Virus record (IMG/VR): IMGVR_UViG_3300006145_000004
Coordinates: 1 to 64,000 of that record
Direction: 5' to 3' (one strand)
Source: a virus
Lineage: Duplodnaviria; Caudoviricetes
Length of the DNA stretch: 64,000 bases
In this document: positions 20,599-30,398 of the stretch, one piece after another
Numbering within the stretch: the first letter of the stretch is position 1
How the letters are laid out: each line of letters begins with the position of its first letter
The notes under the pieces: model-generated
Told to the model about the DNA's origin: nothing
What the model saw: the letters and a program-made list of their open reading frames with translations, nothing else
Databases searched by the model: none
Made by a program: the position numbers and the translations under genes

Positions 20599-22242
20599 GT
20601 GAGCATGAAAACAAGAAGGTTCAGATTAACAAAGACAGCGAAAATTTTGATTATGTTATTGTTGATTACTATGATTGGAGGTGGAGTTTATTATGGAATA
20701 AGCTCAGGCATTATTAGAACTGAAACAGAAAAAATTAATAGACTAGCTAGTAGTGAGTCTCAAAAAAATGCAGAAGTGACAAACCTAAATACAGCTACGA
20801 ATAATGCATCTATTCCAGATAAAGATGGAAATATCATCAATACTAATAAGTCTTCAACCTCAACTATCAATGTATCTCTTGATGAATGGATAGGTTGGAA
20901 GCCCATTATTGATGCAAATGGTGGATTATCAACAGAAAAGGGGTCTATTTATGATAAGTTAGGTATTACTGTAAATATCAGTGTAATAAATGATGCTACT
21001 CAATCTAGTAATGCACTTATTAGCGGAAAATTAGATGCCGCTGGTTATACCATAAATCGTGTAGCATTTTTGTCTAATAAATTTAAAGAGGCTGGAAATG
21101 ATGTAATTATGCCTTATATTACAAATTTTTCAAATGGCGGTGATGGTATTATTGCTAAATCTAATATTACAAAAATTACTGATTTAGTAGGTGCTAAGAT
21201 TGGAGTTCCTCAATTTTCAGAAGCCCATTCATTGATAGTATGGTTTGTTAATCAGTCTGATTTATCTAAAGATAAAAAACAGAATATTATTGATGAGCTT
21301 ATCTTCTTTGAAACTCCAGATGAAGCTGCTAAAGCATTTTTTACAGGAAGTGTAGATGTAGCTGCAACTTGGGAACCCTATTTGACTCAAGCTCAGAATA
21401 TGAGTGATGCACATATATTATTTAGCACAGCAAGTTCTACAAGTCTTATTATGGATGGTATTCTTTTTAATAAGTCTTTTGCAGAGAAGAATCCGGATCT
21501 TGTTACTAAATTTATTGATGGAGCATTACAGGCAAATGATATGTATGATACTGAACTTAGCACTATTAAAAAAGTTATGCCTATGTTCGCTACAGCTTCG
21601 GATGAAGATGTCAAAGATAATTGTTCAGGTGCTAGGCTAATGACTTATACCGATAATCTTTCAATGTTTAATGGTACAGCAAGAACTATATATGTTGGTA
21701 TGTGTGATGTATGGAGTTCTATTGGTGAAAGTGTTAATAGAGAATTAGTTAATACCTTGTATGATGATACTTATATTAAAGCTTTGGCAGATAAGTATTC
21801 TGACCAACCTATTACAAAAACAGAAGCTATGGTTACAGTAAATGAGAATAACAGGCAAAGTGTATTAGATGCAGAAGCTTTGCTTGAAAAATCTGCAACT
21901 GTGAATTTTGTAATCAATACAGCTAAATTTTCCGATAGTGTAGAAGCTACCCAGAAGTTGAATGAATTTATTGAGATTGCAAAAGTATTAGATGGAACTA
22001 TTATTGAGATTGAAGGAAACACTGATCCAAACCCAAACACAGATCCTGATGATAAAGCAAATAAAATGTTATCTCAACAACGTGCAGAAACAGTAAAGCA
22101 ATATTTCATTCTAAATGGCATTTCGGCTGACAGAATTATTTCTGTAGGTAATGGATCAAGTAATCCTATTGTAGAAAATGATACGGAAGAACATCGTGCA
22201 ATGAATAGAAGAACAGATGTATCTTTTAAAATCATTGAATAG
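20599..22242 (+). CDS. Substrate-binding protein (NMT1/THI5-like) with C-terminal OmpA peptidoglycan-binding domain
   Basis: SNGGDGII, VDVAATWEPYL; IEIEGNTD, LSQQRAETVKQY, NRRTD. Confidence 0.85.
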   Translation: MSMKTRRFRLTKTAKILIMLLLITMIGGGVYYGISSGIIRTETEKINRLASSESQKNAEVTNLNTATNNASIPDKDGNIINTNKSSTSTINVSLDEWIGWKPIIDANGGLSTEKGSIYDKLGITVNISVINDATQSSNALISGKLDAAGYTINRVAFLSNKFKEAGNDVIMPYITNFSNGGDGIIAKSNITKITDLVGAKIGVPQFSEAHSLIVWFVNQSDLSKDKKQNIIDELIFFETPDEAAKAFFTGSVDVAATWEPYLTQAQNMSDAHILFSTASSTSLIMDGILFNKSFAEKNPDLVTKFIDGALQANDMYDTELSTIKKVMPMFATASDEDVKDNCSGARLMTYTDNLSMFNGTARTIYVGMCDVWSSIGESVNRELVNTLYDDTYIKALADKYSDQPITKTEAMVTVNENNRQSVLDAEALLEKSATVNFVINTAKFSDSVEATQKLNEFIEIAKVLDGTIIEIEGNTDPNPNTDPDDKANKMLSQQRAETVKQYFILNGISADRIISVGNGSSNPIVENDTEEHRAMNRRTDVSFKIIE

Positions 22243-22251
22243 GAGAAGTAA

Positions 22252-22335
22252 ATGATTGTGTTAAATATCGGGATATTTATTATTTCCTTTGTAATTGCTT
22301 TCTTAGTAGGATACATAATAGGAAAATATAAATGA
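22252..22335 (+). CDS. Small membrane peptide
   Basis: MIVLNIGIFIISFVIAFLVGYIIGKYK with AGGAG RBS. Confidence 0.45.
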   Translation: MIVLNIGIFIISFVIAFLVGYIIGKYK

Positions 22336-22436
22336 AAGATTATGCTTTGTGTGGTGTCATAGCCACACAGGGTATTTCAAGACTATTTATAACCTGTAAA
22401 TTAGTTAATAAATAATCTATTTTAATATAAAAATAC

Positions 22437-22492
22437 AGAAAGGAAAAGGGTGTTGCAACCGTAAGATGATCATGCCTTTCTGGTAAAAATAT
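22437..22492 (+). promoter_or_regulatory. Twin-palindrome leader, copy 2
   Basis: AGAAAGG...TTGCAA-8-TGATCA...CCTTTCT...TTG. Confidence 0.7.
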
Positions 22493-23206
22493 TTGCAGTA
22501 TTTTGGAGGAAAATCAAAAGTATCAAGACAGATTGTAGATTATTTAGAATCTGTTAGAAAAGAAAATCAATTATATGTAGAACCATTTGTGGGAGGTGGA
22601 ATAATTTGTTCTAAAATGAGTGGTAATAGAAAAGCATATGATTTCAATGAATATTTGATTGAAATGTACAAAGCTGTACAAAAGGGTTATGAATTACCAA
22701 GTTGTATTAGTGAGCAAGAGTATAAATACATAAAAGCTCATAAAGATGAAAATAAAGCATTAACTGGATTTGTAGGGTTTGGATGCAGTTTTGCAGGTAA
22801 ATGGTTTGGTGGATATGCAAGAGATGGCAGAAAGAAATATGATTTTGCTTATACAGCAAAATTAGGATTACTAAAGAAAATGTCAACAATGATGGATGTT
22901 GACTTTGAGTATGCGAATTACAAAGATTTATCCTTTGAAGATTGTATTATTTATTGTGATCCACCTTATAATGGTAAAACACAGGCATATGGTACAGGAA
23001 ACTTTAATACAGAAGAATTTTGGAAAGTTATGCGTTTATGGTCAAAAAATAATGATGTTTATATTTCGGAATACGTAGCTCCAGATGACTTTAAATGTGT
23101 TCTTGAAATACCTACAAGAATTGATATTAGAAATAGAAATAATAAAATGGAAAAAAGAGTAGAAAAACTCTTTGCTTATAAGAGGGCATTGTATAAAAAA
23201 TTTTGA
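22493..23206 (+). CDS. D12-class (Dam-like) adenine methyltransferase
   Basis: YFGGKS, EPFVGGG, YCDPPY. Confidence 0.9.
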   Translation: MQYFGGKSKVSRQIVDYLESVRKENQLYVEPFVGGGIICSKMSGNRKAYDFNEYLIEMYKAVQKGYELPSCISEQEYKYIKAHKDENKALTGFVGFGCSFAGKWFGGYARDGRKKYDFAYTAKLGLLKKMSTMMDVDFEYANYKDLSFEDCIIYCDPPYNGKTQAYGTGNFNTEEFWKVMRLWSKNNDVYISEYVAPDDFKCVLEIPTRIDIRNRNNKMEKRVEKLFAYKRALYKKF

Positions 23207-23209
23207 AAT

Positions 23210-23250
23210 ACGGCTACTGCCCCCCTAACTTTAGACAATCGGTAGTTCAC
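23210..23250 (+). mobile_element. IS200/IS605-like right-end remnant
   Basis: CGGCTACTGCCCCCCTAACTTTAGACAATCGGTAGTTCAC. Confidence 0.45.
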
Positions 23251-23332
23251 AACTTTGTTTTAATTGATGTAATAGAACTAAATATAACAATTAAGCATAT
23301 GCAGAAATGAAATAATTCAAAATAAAAAATAC

Positions 23333-23388
23333 TAGGAGGAAATGAGGTTTGTGCGCACAAGAAATCATGATTTACTCCTAAGCAAAGA
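23333..23388 (+). promoter_or_regulatory. Twin-palindrome leader, copy 3
   Basis: TAGGAG...TTGTGCGCACAA-G-AAATCATGATTT-A-CTCCTA...TTG. Confidence 0.75.
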
Positions 23389-24225
23389 TTGAAAGAAAAA
23401 TATGTAAAAAGTTCACTTAACTATATTGGTGGTAAATATAAATTGCTTCCACAGATTTTGCCATTATTTCCAAATCATATAAGTGTATTTATAGACTTAT
23501 TTGGTGGGGGATTTAATGTTGGTGCAAATGTAAATGCAGAACATATAGTATATAACGATATATGTGAGCCAGTAGCAAAGTTATTAAACCATATAAAAGG
23601 TAGTGATATTGAGAAGTTATTATCTGAAATTGATGGGTATATAGAACAATATCAATTATCAAAAGAAAATAACGAAGGGTATTTACAGCTTAGAGAAAAT
23701 TATAATAAAGGGCTTAAAACACCAATGAAATTTTATACATTATTATGTTATGCATTTAATAATCAAATCAGATTTAATAAAAATGGGGAATATAATATGC
23801 CTTTTGGAAAGAATAGAAGTAGTTTTAACCCATCTTTAAGAAAAAAATTTATTGATTTTTATAAAAAAGTTAATGATATAGATTGTATATTTTTAAATAT
23901 TTCTTTCGATAAATTTGACTTTTCAGATTTAGATAATAATGATTTTGTGTATTGTGATCCTCCATATTATAATAGTATAGCTTCATATAATGAACAAGGT
24001 GGATGGACTGAAATCCATGAAAAAAAATTATTGTCTATATTAGATTTACTTAATGATAAAGGAATTAAATTTGCCTTGAGTAATAATTTAAAATACGATA
24101 ATCCACTTTTGGAAAAATGGAAAAATAAATATGATGTTCACTATTTGATTGGTAATTATAGTAATTGTAATTATCAAAAGAAAGACAAAAGTAAAGATGT
24201 AGAAGTATTAATTACAAATTATTAG
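23389..24225 (+). CDS. D12-class (Dam-like) adenine methyltransferase
   Basis: NYIGGKYKLL, DLFGGG, RFNKNGEYNMPFG, YCDPPY. Confidence 0.92.
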   Translation: MKEKYVKSSLNYIGGKYKLLPQILPLFPNHISVFIDLFGGGFNVGANVNAEHIVYNDICEPVAKLLNHIKGSDIEKLLSEIDGYIEQYQLSKENNEGYLQLRENYNKGLKTPMKFYTLLCYAFNNQIRFNKNGEYNMPFGKNRSSFNPSLRKKFIDFYKKVNDIDCIFLNISFDKFDFSDLDNNDFVYCDPPYYNSIASYNEQGGWTEIHEKKLLSILDLLNDKGIKFALSNNLKYDNPLLEKWKNKYDVHYLIGNYSNCNYQKKDKSKDVEVLITNY

Positions 24226-24289
24226 TTGCAAATTCATTTTAAAGTAAAAACTACAGCCTCTTATATATTATAAAAGGCTATGCAAAAAG

Positions 24290-24529
24290 TTATTCATTTA
24301 GGTGGTGGTTACATATAGTACAATAATCAACTCCAAATTCTGCATCGCACCATTTGCCATCGTGTTCACAATATACTCGAAGAAAGTCACCTTTTTCATA
24401 AGATTTTTCTTCATTAACACTAGAAGGGTTTACCCAACATTTTCTTGCAAATGGACAATTAGACAGGTCGTCCCAATCTGTAAGAACAGGAAAATTGAAA
24501 ATAGGGTTATTTCCATTCATAAACAACAA
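24290..24529 (-). CDS. Cys-rich small protein
   Basis: AAGGAGG RBS, several Cys. Confidence 0.5.
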   Translation of the reverse strand: MLFMNGNNPIFNFPVLTDWDDLSNCPFARKCWVNPSSVNEEKSYEKGDFLRVYCEHDGKWCDAEFGVDYCTICNHHLNE

Positions 24530-24604
24530 CCTCCTTAAAACTATAATACTATAATTATAATAACTATAAAAATGAATTGCAATGAGTTTAGTAAAGAAGT
24601 GTCA

Positions 24605-24745
24605 ATGATATACACAAGTTACTTCGTAAAGTTAAAAGAGTTAGAAAGACCTAATATTATCCCAATATCAATTTGCAGTAAAGTACCAGATTGGTATAAA
24701 GGATTACAGTACAAGAGGCTAGATCCGAAATATGAATTAATGTAG
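24605..24745 (+). pseudogene. Truncated DUF488-like gene
   Basis: MIYTSYF...PISICSKVPDWYKGLQYKRLDPK then stop. Confidence 0.45.
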
Positions 24746-24800
24746 AAAGGATAAATTAGTAGCTAGCTTTAAAGGTTGCAACCGCTTTAGGTACTAATTA
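24744..24800 (+). promoter_or_regulatory. Twin-palindrome leader, copy 4
   Basis: AGAAAGG-ATA-AATTAGTA-GCTAGC-8-TTGCAA...TACTAATT-A-TTG. Confidence 0.65.
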
Positions 24801-25614
24801 TTGAAAAACAATACTATATTACCTCCATGTTCATATCAGGGAGGTAAACAAAGAGTTTCAAAAGAAATTGTTGACTATATTTTAAGTACTACAACATTTA
24901 ATGATAGCACAAAATTTTTCGATTTATGTAGTGATTCAGGTGCTATTAGCCTTGAACTAATGAACAGAGGTATTAAGCCAGAAAATATTATTATAGATGA
25001 TTGGAGATGGTAGCTTTTTATATAAAAAGTTTTTAACATATGCAGATATAGTTCCAAGAGATAAAACAAAAATACAAAAATATATTAAAGAATTATCAAA
25101 AGAAAATGCAGATATAGATGAGTGTTATAAATATATTTTATTACAAGCAGCATCATTTGGTGGTAAACAAATTTGGAAGGAAAATAACGAATGGAAAAAT
25201 ACGTCATTTAGAAATTATTGGCAACCAACAGCTACAAGTAAAAGGAGAAGTCCTGTTAATCCAATGCAACCTATGATAGATATTTTATGTAAAAGAATAA
25301 AAGTTATTTCTGAAAAGTGTATTGGAATTCAGTGTATTTATGATGACATTTGGACTATATTGCAAATTATACCAACGGAAAATTGTATTATATACATAGA
25401 TCCACCATATTATAATAGTACAAAATATGGTTTTAATTTTAACTTGAATGATTTTTTAGGTGAATTATTTCAAAAAACATTAAGTCCTATATTTGTATCT
25501 GAAAAGGAAAAAATTTCGGAGGAGGCAATTAAACTAAATTTTAATGGAGATAAAGGAGGAATTAGCAGAAATAAGAAATGTAAAAATGAAGAATGGTTAA
25601 ATATATATCGATAG
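24801..25614 (+). pseudogene. Frameshifted D12-like adenine methyltransferase
   Basis: YQGGKQR and DLCSDSG in one frame, YIDPPY in another; break near 25000. Confidence 0.75.
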
Positions 25615-25710
25615 GAATTTATTTTATTAACTTTTAAAGTTAGATAATCAAATATTTAGTATAATGTTAGGAGTATGTTCTACGATAATATTATGATGAA
25701 AAATAAAATA

Positions 25711-25765
25711 TAGGAGGTAAAGAGGTTTGTCATGACAGAAAAGTGCACTTTACTTCTGAATTATA
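25711..25765 (+). promoter_or_regulatory. Twin-palindrome leader, copy 5
   Basis: TAGGAGG...TGTCATGACA-GA-AAAGTGCACTTT-ACTTCT...TTG. Confidence 0.75.
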
Positions 25766-26941
25766 TTGAAAATAGCAATTATAGATGCAGATTTAATAAG
25801 TAGGAGTAATCATAGATTCCCAAACTTAGTTTGTATGAAATTGTCAGGTTATTATAAAGAACTTGGTGCTAAAGTGGAACTGAAAATAGACTATAAAGAC
25901 TTACTAGGATATGACAAAGTATTTATTTCTAAAATATTTACTGATACACCAATAGATGAGAAAATTTTGGAATTTCCAAATGTAGAATATGGGGGTACAG
26001 GATTCTTTTATGATAAAGCTCCAAAGCTTCTTGATGAAGTAGAGCATCATATGCCAGATTATCATTTATATGATAAGTGGGTAAATGAAAAATTAAAAGA
26101 GGGTCATAAAAGGAAAGATTTTTCTTATTATCTTGATTGGTCAATAGGTTTTCTTTCAAGGGGTTGTATTAGACAATGTAGTTTCTGTGTAAATAAAAAT
26201 TACAAATCGTGTGAAGTACATAGTAATTTATCAGAATTTCTTGATAATGATAGACCTTATATATGCTTACTTGATGACAATGTATTAGCATGTAAAGATT
26301 GGAGAAGTATATTTGAGGAACTCATTGCAACTGGTAAGAAATTTCAGTTTAAACAAGGTTGTGATGAGAGACTTTTGACAGATGAAAAATGTGAAATACT
26401 GTTTAATAAGTCAAAATGGATTGGTGATAGAATATTTGCATTTGATAATATTAAAGATAGAGAGATAATAGAGAAAAAGCTTCATATGATAAGGAAATAT
26501 ACTAATAATCAAATTAAATTCTATACATTTTGTGGTTATAATCATGACAACATAGGAGTTTATGATGAGGAGTTCTGGGTAAAAGATATAGAAGATTTAT
26601 TTGAACGAATTAAGATTCTAATGACCTACGGGTGTCTACCATATGTAATGAGATTTAAAGATTATGTTCTAAGTCCATATAAAGGAATTTATATCAATGC
26701 TGCAAGTTGGTGTAATCAGCCCAGTTTATTCCGTAAAATGAGTTTTGCTGAATATAGTATGGCAAGGGGTATGAGTAATAAAAATTATAAGAAGTATAAA
26801 ATGGATTTTGATTCATACCTAGCAGATGGTAATAAAAAAGGTTCATCGTGGAGATATTATGAAAAGTTTTTGAGTAAATATCCTGAGATAGCAGAGAAGT
26901 ATTTTCATATGAAGTGGAATTATTCCAATAGGAACAGTTAA
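25766..26941 (+). CDS. Radical SAM enzyme
   Basis: SRGCIRQCSFC; N-terminal IAIIDAD...FPNL..MKLSGYYK; LLDDN. Confidence 0.8.
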   Translation: MKIAIIDADLISRSNHRFPNLVCMKLSGYYKELGAKVELKIDYKDLLGYDKVFISKIFTDTPIDEKILEFPNVEYGGTGFFYDKAPKLLDEVEHHMPDYHLYDKWVNEKLKEGHKRKDFSYYLDWSIGFLSRGCIRQCSFCVNKNYKSCEVHSNLSEFLDNDRPYICLLDDNVLACKDWRSIFEELIATGKKFQFKQGCDERLLTDEKCEILFNKSKWIGDRIFAFDNIKDREIIEKKLHMIRKYTNNQIKFYTFCGYNHDNIGVYDEEFWVKDIEDLFERIKILMTYGCLPYVMRFKDYVLSPYKGIYINAASWCNQPSLFRKMSFAEYSMARGMSNKNYKKYKMDFDSYLADGNKKGSSWRYYEKFLSKYPEIAEKYFHMKWNYSNRNS

Positions 26942-27132
26942 GAGGTACATAAAATTTTGGAGATTAAAAAGTATTATATATTGGAAATTGAAAACGATTT
27001 TGGAAGAATTTTTGTTAGAGAAAGCGACTTAAAGAATTATCCAATGATTGCAGTATAATAAATTCAGAATTGATATTTTAGAGAGGAAAATAAAGCGTAG
27101 ATATTTAATTGAAATACCTACTTTTACTGATA

Positions 27133-27702
27133 ATGAATAACAAAAAATATAATATTATTTATGCAGATCCTCCTTGGGATTATGGTAATACAAAAAATCT
27201 AAATGGAAAATTTTGGGGGATAGCAGACAAACATTATGATGTTATGAAGTTTAAAGACATTTGTAGTTTACCAATACAAAATATTGCAGCTAATGATTGC
27301 TATTTGTTTCTTTGGGTCACATCACCTTTTCTTGAAAAAGCTTTTGAAGTGATTAAATCTTGGGGATTTAAGTATGCAACTGTAGGATTTGTATGGATAA
27401 AAATGTTAAATGATATGTCTGCTATAAGAGAAGATGGATTAGGTAAATATACTATTTCTAATGCAGAATATTGTTTAATAGCTAGAAATGGTAAGTATTG
27501 GAGAGAGGCAAGAAATGTAAAACAAGTTATACAATATCCAAAGACAATACATAGTGCTAAACCTCCTGAAATCAGAGATAGAATCGTTTCATTATGTGGA
27601 GGTTTACCTAGAGTAGAGCTATTTGCTAGAGATATATGTAAAGGGTGGGATAGTATTGGTAATAAAATTGATGGTAATGATATCAGAAATATTATTAAAT
27701 AA
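27133..27702 (+). CDS. MT-A70-family adenine methyltransferase
   Basis: YADPPW, LFLWVT, WGFKY, HSAKP, ELFAR. Confidence 0.9.
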   Translation: MNNKKYNIIYADPPWDYGNTKNLNGKFWGIADKHYDVMKFKDICSLPIQNIAANDCYLFLWVTSPFLEKAFEVIKSWGFKYATVGFVWIKMLNDMSAIREDGLGKYTISNAEYCLIARNGKYWREARNVKQVIQYPKTIHSAKPPEIRDRIVSLCGGLPRVELFARDICKGWDSIGNKIDGNDIRNIIK

Positions 27703-27743
27703 GTAATAAAATTAGAGCTTTAAAAGAAGAATTATAAAGCGAA

Positions 27744-27787
27744 AAGAGCGATGGTAGCCTTAAAGATTAATCGCTCTTAGTAGTTTA
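27744..27787 (+). promoter_or_regulatory. Twin-palindrome leader, degenerate copy 6
   Basis: AAGAGCGAT-GGTAGC-7-ATTAAT-CGCTCTT...ATG. Confidence 0.5.
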
Positions 27788-28095
27788 ATGCACGAACCAG
27801 TAATTAAATAGAGTGAAAGTAAACTGAGTCAAGCAGAAAGTATTTTAAAATGTTTTCCTAAAGAAATAGATACATACTATGAATCGTTTTGTGGAGTGCT
27901 TCAGTTCTCAGAAGATTGTTAGATAGCGATATAAAAGTAAATCATTATATATGTAGTAACTTAAATAGTAATCTAATTGATTTATGGAATGAATTTATTA
28001 ATTGCCCCCACTCAGTTTATGTTTATTATAAAAGACTTTGGAATTGGTTAAGAAATTTGTGTTGTCCTTTGATGGCATTAGTGATGAAAAAATAA
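27788..28095 (+). pseudogene. Dam-like methyltransferase remnant
   Basis: MHEPVIK*SESK...FPKEIDTYYESFCG, then frameshift and truncation. Confidence 0.7.
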
Positions 28096-28277
28096 TACAT
28101 AGAATGTACCAAAGAACATTTATTCAAGGCATGAGCATTTATTAAATAGTAATAGTAATTTTAAAACAAATATTGGTAAATTAAAAGCTAGTATTGTCTA
28201 TGAAAGTATATATATAACATAGTTTAAAATCATTAGATTTATAATGGAAAAAATAAGTTTGCAAACAAAAATAAATT

Positions 28278-28562
28278 ATGAAAGGTAAGGATATGGAAAA
28301 TGATTTAGTTACTAAAGGTTCCGTTTTGAAACTGATTGAAGATATCAAACAGAATCCAGAGATACCAAAAAACTATGGAACCCTTTTAGATATCATGAGA
28401 GTAATCGGAAAAATGCCGACTGCTTATGATGTGGATAAAGTTATAGAAACTTTTGAAACATATAAATCCCAGCAATTTCAAAATGAGATGTTAAGTGATA
28501 ATGAAAAATGGTTAGTTCAGAGAGTAATTGATGAATGTACGAACATTGTGAAACCAAAATGA
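28278..28562 (+). CDS. Hypothetical phage protein
   Basis: MPTAYDVDKVIE segment. Confidence 0.55.
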   Translation: MKGKDMENDLVTKGSVLKLIEDIKQNPEIPKNYGTLLDIMRVIGKMPTAYDVDKVIETFETYKSQQFQNEMLSDNEKWLVQRVIDECTNIVKPK

Positions 28563-29200
28563 GTAAAGGAAAACTTTATAGAAAAAGGATTAGATTTTAA
28601 TATTAAATGTAAAAAACTATATTTGGAAGAGGAATTACTTGATTATAATGACATAACACCATTTTTGTATGCAAAAATAATATAGAATATATTAACAGAT
28701 CAAGTATTATCACATATTAAAAAATTCATGACACATTTTTATTAAAATAATTATTTAATATGTTATTAGAACGAGTAAATTTTAATGAAAATGTTTTAAA
28801 TAGAATTACTTTCATTTTGAATAATGATAAATTAGGGGCTATTTTCTGAAAATTACTTTAATGGAATTGAGATAGTCAAAACATTATACAGGAATTTAAA
28901 GAGGTGAGTTAGTGAATATACAAATAAGTAATAACAATAATTGTAGGAATTATAATAAAACAAATGTATGTAAATATCAAGAGAATGTTATTAAAGAAAT
29001 AGAAAAGATTATTAGTGATGTAGATAAATTGGAATTACCTTTATTAGTAAATATTAACTGTACAGAATATTCTGGCAAAGGGTTGAGCGTAATTAGATAG
29101 TTGGCTTATAACTATAGAGAGTAATGGAATAAAGAATAATTAAGTAAACAAAATCTAAATAAAAATCATAGAAAATTTCCACAATTACAATTTAACCGTT

Positions 29201-29307
29201 ATATCAGTTTTGGGTGGTAAACAGCATACCCTTGGTTAAAGTTTGCCATAAATCACTGTTTAATATAGAGTTAACTCCATGTTCCAGTCTGTGAGGACTG
29301 TTGATAT
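29201..29307 (+). ncRNA. Candidate structured leader RNA
   Basis: ATATCA/TGATAT closing stem, GGGTG/TACCC hairpin, GTGA tetraloop hairpin. Confidence 0.45.
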
Positions 29308-29360
29308 TATATAAAAAGAAAAAACTTTTAAATAATTTTATTTTACAGGAGGATATTAAA

Positions 29361-30320
29361 TTGAAAGAATTAATAAACAGAGTAATAGTAACAGGTAAAT
29401 TAGTAAAGAGTACTCTTGAAGAATTTCAAACTAAAAAAGGTGAAGATGCTATTGGTGGCAGTCTTGTGTTAAGAACAGACGACAATAGTGAACATGAGAT
29501 TAGATTTTTTGCTTACAAATTTAAAAAGGATGAGAATAAAAATTTCACAGCAGAAGAGAGTTATTTTTATCAGAAGTACATGGATGCAAGGAATCATTTG
29601 AAGGATATTGAGCATTGTTCAGAAGGCGAAAATCCAGATATTATTTCTATTACAGATGGTATGTTCACAGATAATGATTTTAAGGGAAATGATGGGAATA
29701 TAGTTTCTACAAATACTATTTCCGCAAGATTTATTAATAAGGTTGAGCCAAAAGATTATGATTCTACTGTATTAGAAGCAAAGTTTGAAGTAGAAGGAAT
29801 TATTGAAAAAATTGAAGAAGAGGTCATTAAAAATGTTCCTAGTGGGAATCTAATAGTAATTATGGATGCTATTGGACAAACTACGGATGGATTCGGCAAA
29901 GATGCAGTTTATTCAGCAGATAAGTTTATTCCTATAAAGATGGTAGTTGATAAGTCTATGGCTAACGCATTTAGACAGGCTGGATATTACGAAGGTGCTT
30001 TTACAAAATTTGTCGGTACTATAATTAATTCTGTTGAAATTACTAAGCAGGTAGAAAAAGCTACATTTGGTACAGACATTGAAAAGGAAGTAAAAAGTTA
30101 TATTCGTAAGAATGAAATCAAATCTGGTACAGCAGTTAGTACAATTTTTGAGTATGAACTTACTCAGGAAATTGTAGATGCATTAAAGACAAAACGGAAA
30201 GTTAAATTAGCAGAAATTAAAAGTGGAAATACAGGTGAAACAGAAACAGCGGCAGGATTTGAAAAAGATACAAGCAGACCAGCTCCACAGATTACATATA
30301 ATCCATTTGCACAGCACTAA
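29361..30320 (+). CDS. Putative ssDNA-binding/OB-fold protein
   Basis: NRVIVTGKLV start; AGGAGG RBS before TTG; first gene of replication module. Confidence 0.5.
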   Translation: MKELINRVIVTGKLVKSTLEEFQTKKGEDAIGGSLVLRTDDNSEHEIRFFAYKFKKDENKNFTAEESYFYQKYMDARNHLKDIEHCSEGENPDIISITDGMFTDNDFKGNDGNIVSTNTISARFINKVEPKDYDSTVLEAKFEVEGIIEKIEEEVIKNVPSGNLIVIMDAIGQTTDGFGKDAVYSADKFIPIKMVVDKSMANAFRQAGYYEGAFTKFVGTIINSVEITKQVEKATFGTDIEKEVKSYIRKNEIKSGTAVSTIFEYELTQEIVDALKTKRKVKLAEIKSGNTGETETAAGFEKDTSRPAPQITYNPFAQH

Positions 30321-30332
30321 TTATACACGAAG

Positions 30333-30356
30333 CCTATCTGAGGAATCTCAGATAGG
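30333..30356. other. Perfect 10-bp hairpin without U-tract
   Basis: CCTATCTGAG-GAAT-CTCAGATAGG. Confidence 0.5.
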
Positions 30357-30398
30357 TGATTAGCAAAGATTAATTATAGAGGAGATAATAAATAATTT

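Noticed and set aside
22437-24800. SMK/SAM-III riboswitch call from TTGCAACCG and ATGCCTT segments
   Set aside because: Element order and the SD-adjacent GGGG helix do not match; only short similarity.
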